IMG/VR virus record: IMGVR_UViG_3300047409_000319
Location: 1 to 49,603 of that record
Reading direction: 5' to 3' (one strand)
Length of the DNA stretch: 49,603 bases
Source of the DNA: a virus
Taxonomy: Duplodnaviria; Caudoviricetes
Shown: one piece after another, positions 46,396-49,603 of the stretch
How positions within the stretch are numbered: position 1 is the stretch's first letter
How the letters are laid out: each line of letters opens with the position of its first letter
The notes under the pieces: model-generated
Told to the model about the DNA's origin: nothing
The model's input: the letters and a program-made list of their open reading frames with translations, nothing else
Databases searched by the model: none
Made by a program: the position numbers and the translations under genes

Positions 46396-46910
46396 CTAAT
46401 AGGGCCAACCAATAGGACGGTTTTTGTTAGTAAGTGCAGTGGCTTAGGTACGGTTAGTTAAAAGTTTAGATACCTCAACCAATAGGATGCCAATAGCCGG
46501 TTAAGTAAGTAAAAACAAAGGGTTACATAAGACCCTATTGGTTTATTGGCAAATTGCCCCCGAAAATTTTATCTACGTAATGTGGACTCAGCAGGGAGAG
46601 TGCGGCCGAAAGTGTAACCGCGCGAGCGACCCTTCCATTTTTATTTTTTCGGCACTATCGGGCCAATAATGCCAATAAGCCAATAGGGGGTCGTTCATAG
46701 TGTTGTTTTTACAGGGGTTTCTGGGCTATTGGTTTCGTATTGTTTGCTATTGGCATTTAGTCGGGGTTGTATGCAACTTACAAAGCGGGAACGGAGCTTC
46801 CATCTTTTTATCTTTTTCTATGGGATCATCCTCGCGCGTAGTATACCCGCGTGAGCGTGCTCGCGCGTAGCAAGCGGCGTGCCAGGATTTGTATATACGT
46901 GTATATACTC
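46396..46910. repeat. Non-coding element B: iteron arrays plus inverted copy of the element A core
   Basis: CCAATA(G/A) at 46409, 46479, 46490, 46663, 46672, 46680; TATTGG at 46536, 46544, 46727, 46748; core 46787-46853. Confidence 0.8.
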
Positions 46911-46982
46911 GCGGGTGTGTGAACGAAGGGTTGAGCTAGTATAATATTATAATAGCTTGGATTGGACTTCGCAGTCGCGGGC

Positions 46983-47011
46983 TTTACATCAGGCACGGTG
47001 CAGCGTATGTA
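46983..47011 (+). promoter_or_regulatory. sigma70-like promoter upstream of terS
   Basis: TTTACA-N17-TATGTA. Confidence 0.55.
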
Positions 47012-47039
47012 TCGTCGGTGTTGGTAGGGGAAATACAGC

Positions 47040-47534
47040 ATGGCTAAGGGTATGCGGCCGTTGCGAGGTGAGCTTCTGCTCCCGAACAGCGTGAATCGCA
47101 TGTCGCCACCAGACTACCTGAGCGCACACGCGCGCGAGTACTGGGGTGATCTAGTACGTGCGCTCGGTCCTTCTGGTATGCTCAGCGAGGTTGATGGACC
47201 TGCGCTCGCTATGCTGTGTGAGAACCTGAGCGACTACTGGAGTATGCGTGCGGAGCTGGAAGATGTACTCAGCGATCCAAGTACTGCGGCCATGAAAAAG
47301 GTAGACTTGATTCTACTTCGCGCGAGGGTTTCCGATGCCCTTGGCCGCATTGACTCCCGGGTCCGGGACTGGCTCAGCGAAATGTGCTTAACTCCCATGT
47401 CAAGGTCCAAGGCGCAACCCGTGCGTGCGGAGTTGGAAGAAGAGAAGTTGGACCTTTCCGCCTTGGATGCAGACGAGCGGCAGGCATTACGTGAGATGCT
47501 TGCAAAGCGCGGGGAACAGAAGGTGTTGCAGTAA
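47040..47534 (+). CDS. terS: Terminase small subunit (P27-like)
   Basis: 'PP.YLS..A...W..L...L...G.L..VD...L...C', 'LTP.SRSK'; upstream of terL. Confidence 0.75.
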   Translation: MAKGMRPLRGELLLPNSVNRMSPPDYLSAHAREYWGDLVRALGPSGMLSEVDGPALAMLCENLSDYWSMRAELEDVLSDPSTAAMKKVDLILLRARVSDALGRIDSRVRDWLSEMCLTPMSRSKAQPVRAELEEEKLDLSALDADERQALREMLAKRGEQKVLQ

Positions 47535-47869
47535 TGGATTCTATGGAACTACAGAACTATACTCAGCCCGTTGGAGATGATCCAGTAGACCGAAAGTCAT
47601 TGCGTAGTTGGATCAAACGCAACTGTTCCGATGCACTGCGGCAGGCTGAAGAAGAAAAGGATCAGATTGGCTTTATTATCAGTCATACTCTATTGCAAGA
47701 TCTAGTTGGTATGAATTCGCGCAATACACCAGTAAGTGCGCTTAGTTTCGTGCTTGGTTGCTGTTCAGTTGACGATTTCCAAGTATCTATACTTCCACAT
47801 ACTGGCGATGTGATGGTTAATACTTGGCCGCAGTCGCCGGAAGGTTGGGAAGGTTTTAGAGTACCATGA
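47534..47869 (+). CDS. Hypothetical protein
   Basis: Translationally coupled to terS. Confidence 0.55.
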   Translation: MDSMELQNYTQPVGDDPVDRKSLRSWIKRNCSDALRQAEEEKDQIGFIISHTLLQDLVGMNSRNTPVSALSFVLGCCSVDDFQVSILPHTGDVMVNTWPQSPEGWEGFRVP

Positions 47870-47941
47870 GCTTCGGCCGGGTTCTAGTGGTCCCCTCCTT
47901 GGAACCAATGGCTGTAGCAAGTGCGGAGGTTGGTGGTCTCC

Positions 47942-49570
47942 ATGACGTTAGCCTCCGCACTTGACCTTGCTCTACTTCGCCCGCGCGAGGCAGAGCTTGA
48001 ACTAGACCGTGTAGACTGTGAAGAAGATATACTTAAGTTCCTGCAGCGCGGGTGGCGCACTATAGATCCTTCACCTTTCCGTGGAGGTTGGCATCTTGAA
48101 GCAATCGGAGAACATCTAGCCGCCGTTACTATGGGTGAGATCAAACGCTTGGTCATTAACGTGCCGCCACGTATGACCAAGTCCTCGCTGGTCTCTGTTG
48201 CTTGGCCAGCGTGGACGTGGGGCCAGAGGGAAATCCTCCCTCTCTCTGGTCCCCATGTTCAGTTCCTGTTTGCTTCATACGCACAAAGTCTAAGTGAACG
48301 TGATTCAGTAAAGACTCGCAGACTTATACAGTCGCCCTGGTATCAGAAGCTTTGGGGCGACAGGTTCCAGATGACTGGAGACCAGAATGCCAAGCGTAGG
48401 TTTGAGAATAACCTTGGGGGATATCGTCTGGCTACTTCTGTCGGAGGTTCGCTTACTGGAGAAGGCGGACACATCATTGTTGTTGACGACCCACACAACA
48501 CTATTGAGATCGAGTCCGAAGCACAACGTGAAAGTACGGTACAGTGGTGGGACGAAGCTCTTTCCACTCGTCTCAATGACATGGCTACCGGAGCCTATGT
48601 CATCATCATGCAACGCTTGTATGAGAATGACTTGACGGGTCATGTATTAACAAGGGAAGCTGGCGACTGGGTTCACCTTATGCTTCCGATGGAGTATGAA
48701 CCCGATCGGCATTGTCACACTCTACTAGGCTTTGAGGATCCACGTGAAGAAGAAGGTGAATTACTCTGCCCTGAGCGCGTTAGTGAACGCGACCTCAACT
48801 CCCTCAAGCGCCGCCTTGGTCCGTTCGGTGTTGCAGGCCAACTTCAGCAAGCCCCAACCCCACGCGGTGGTGGAATCATCAAAGCCGACGACTGGCAAGC
48901 TTGGCCCCCCCACGTTGAGGACTTGGTCTCCCCGATTGGTAAGAAACTTAGCCCCATTGCTTACCCGGAGATGGACTTCATATTGGCATCCATTGACACG
49001 GCCATGACTGAAAAGCAGGAGAACGACTTCTCCGCTATGAGTATATGGGGCATCTGGCGTGACAAGCATGACATGCCTCAGATCATGTTGATGGAAGCAT
49101 GGGCAGAGCATTTCAACTTGCATGACTTGGTTAACCGAATCATTACTGACTGTAAACGGCGGAAGGTCGATCGAATACTGATAGAAGGGAAGAACAATGG
49201 CTTCTCGGTTCACCAGGAAATTCAACGCTTGGTTCGGGGTGCTAACTGGGCATGTATACTGGAGCCGGTTAAGGGTGATAAGGTGGCACGCGCCCACGCT
49301 TGCCAGCCTACATTCGCTAGCCATCAAGTCTGGGCACCGGCTCGCAACCTCGAAGGCAACATTGTATTCCTCAAATGGGCGCAAGCTGTCATAGATCAAT
49401 GTGCTGCTTTGCCAAAGGGTTCACATGACGACTTGGCAGATACTGCAACACAGGCTATAAACCACATGCGCCGCTTTGGTCTACTTGAAACTAAGAGCGA
49501 GAAGATTGAATATCTTCACCGTAAGCTTGCACCTCCGGGCAACCGTGAATCGATATATGAAGTAATGTAA
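47942..49570 (+). CDS. terL: Terminase large subunit
   Basis: 'INVPPRMTKS' Walker A variant, 'IIVVDDPH' Walker B, 'IIMQRL', RNase H-like 'SIDTA', 'HDD.AD...QA'. Confidence 0.95.
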   Translation: MTLASALDLALLRPREAELELDRVDCEEDILKFLQRGWRTIDPSPFRGGWHLEAIGEHLAAVTMGEIKRLVINVPPRMTKSSLVSVAWPAWTWGQREILPLSGPHVQFLFASYAQSLSERDSVKTRRLIQSPWYQKLWGDRFQMTGDQNAKRRFENNLGGYRLATSVGGSLTGEGGHIIVVDDPHNTIEIESEAQRESTVQWWDEALSTRLNDMATGAYVIIMQRLYENDLTGHVLTREAGDWVHLMLPMEYEPDRHCHTLLGFEDPREEEGELLCPERVSERDLNSLKRRLGPFGVAGQLQQAPTPRGGGIIKADDWQAWPPHVEDLVSPIGKKLSPIAYPEMDFILASIDTAMTEKQENDFSAMSIWGIWRDKHDMPQIMLMEAWAEHFNLHDLVNRIITDCKRRKVDRILIEGKNNGFSVHQEIQRLVRGANWACILEPVKGDKVARAHACQPTFASHQVWAPARNLEGNIVFLKWAQAVIDQCAALPKGSHDDLADTATQAINHMRRFGLLETKSEKIEYLHRKLAPPGNRESIYEVM

Positions 49571-49603
49571 TGGCCAAATCAGCAACTGACATCAACATTG
49601 AAC

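Noticed and set aside
25555-46853. Inverted cores as transposon terminal repeats
   Set aside because: No transposase, integrase or recombinase recognised; the enclosed genes are core phage replication genes
48761-49399. 212-aa minus-strand ORF
   Set aside because: Antisense to terL with no recognisable features
1-49603. tRNA, rRNA, integrase or repressor genes
   Set aside because: None recognised by eye; not tested computationally, and the window is not the whole genome

Overview
About 50 kb of a tailed dsDNA bacteriophage genome, probably podovirus-like. A GcrA homolog points to an alphaproteobacterial host. The window starts in the head-tail connector genes and ends just after the large terminase; portal and major capsid genes are not in it. 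Order of modules: adaptor, nozzle and fibre genes; internal (ejected) virion proteins; a cluster of small holin- or spanin-like membrane proteins; a 2483-aa polyvalent protein (ParB-like, Nudix, two ADP-ribosyltransferase domains, two repeat families); SNF2 helicase; replication genes (SSB, AEP primase, UvrD-like helicase, family A polymerase); small early genes with sigma70-type promoters; terS and terL. Main points of interest: (1) a thymidine-hypermodification cluster with a dUMP-hydroxymethylase-like TS, an aGPT-Pplase1/5hmU-DNA-kinase protein, a TAGT glycosyltransferase, an FkbM methyltransferase, an HD nucleotidase and DUF6378, but no recognisable amino-acid:DNA transferase; (2) two homologous non-coding elements 21 kb apart in inverted orientation, each a ~70-bp core plus CCAATAG/CTATTGG iteron arrays; (3) a GIY-YIG endonuclease gene that appears to have replaced the 3' end of the kinase gene. 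All product calls come from motifs recognised by eye; no database searches were run.
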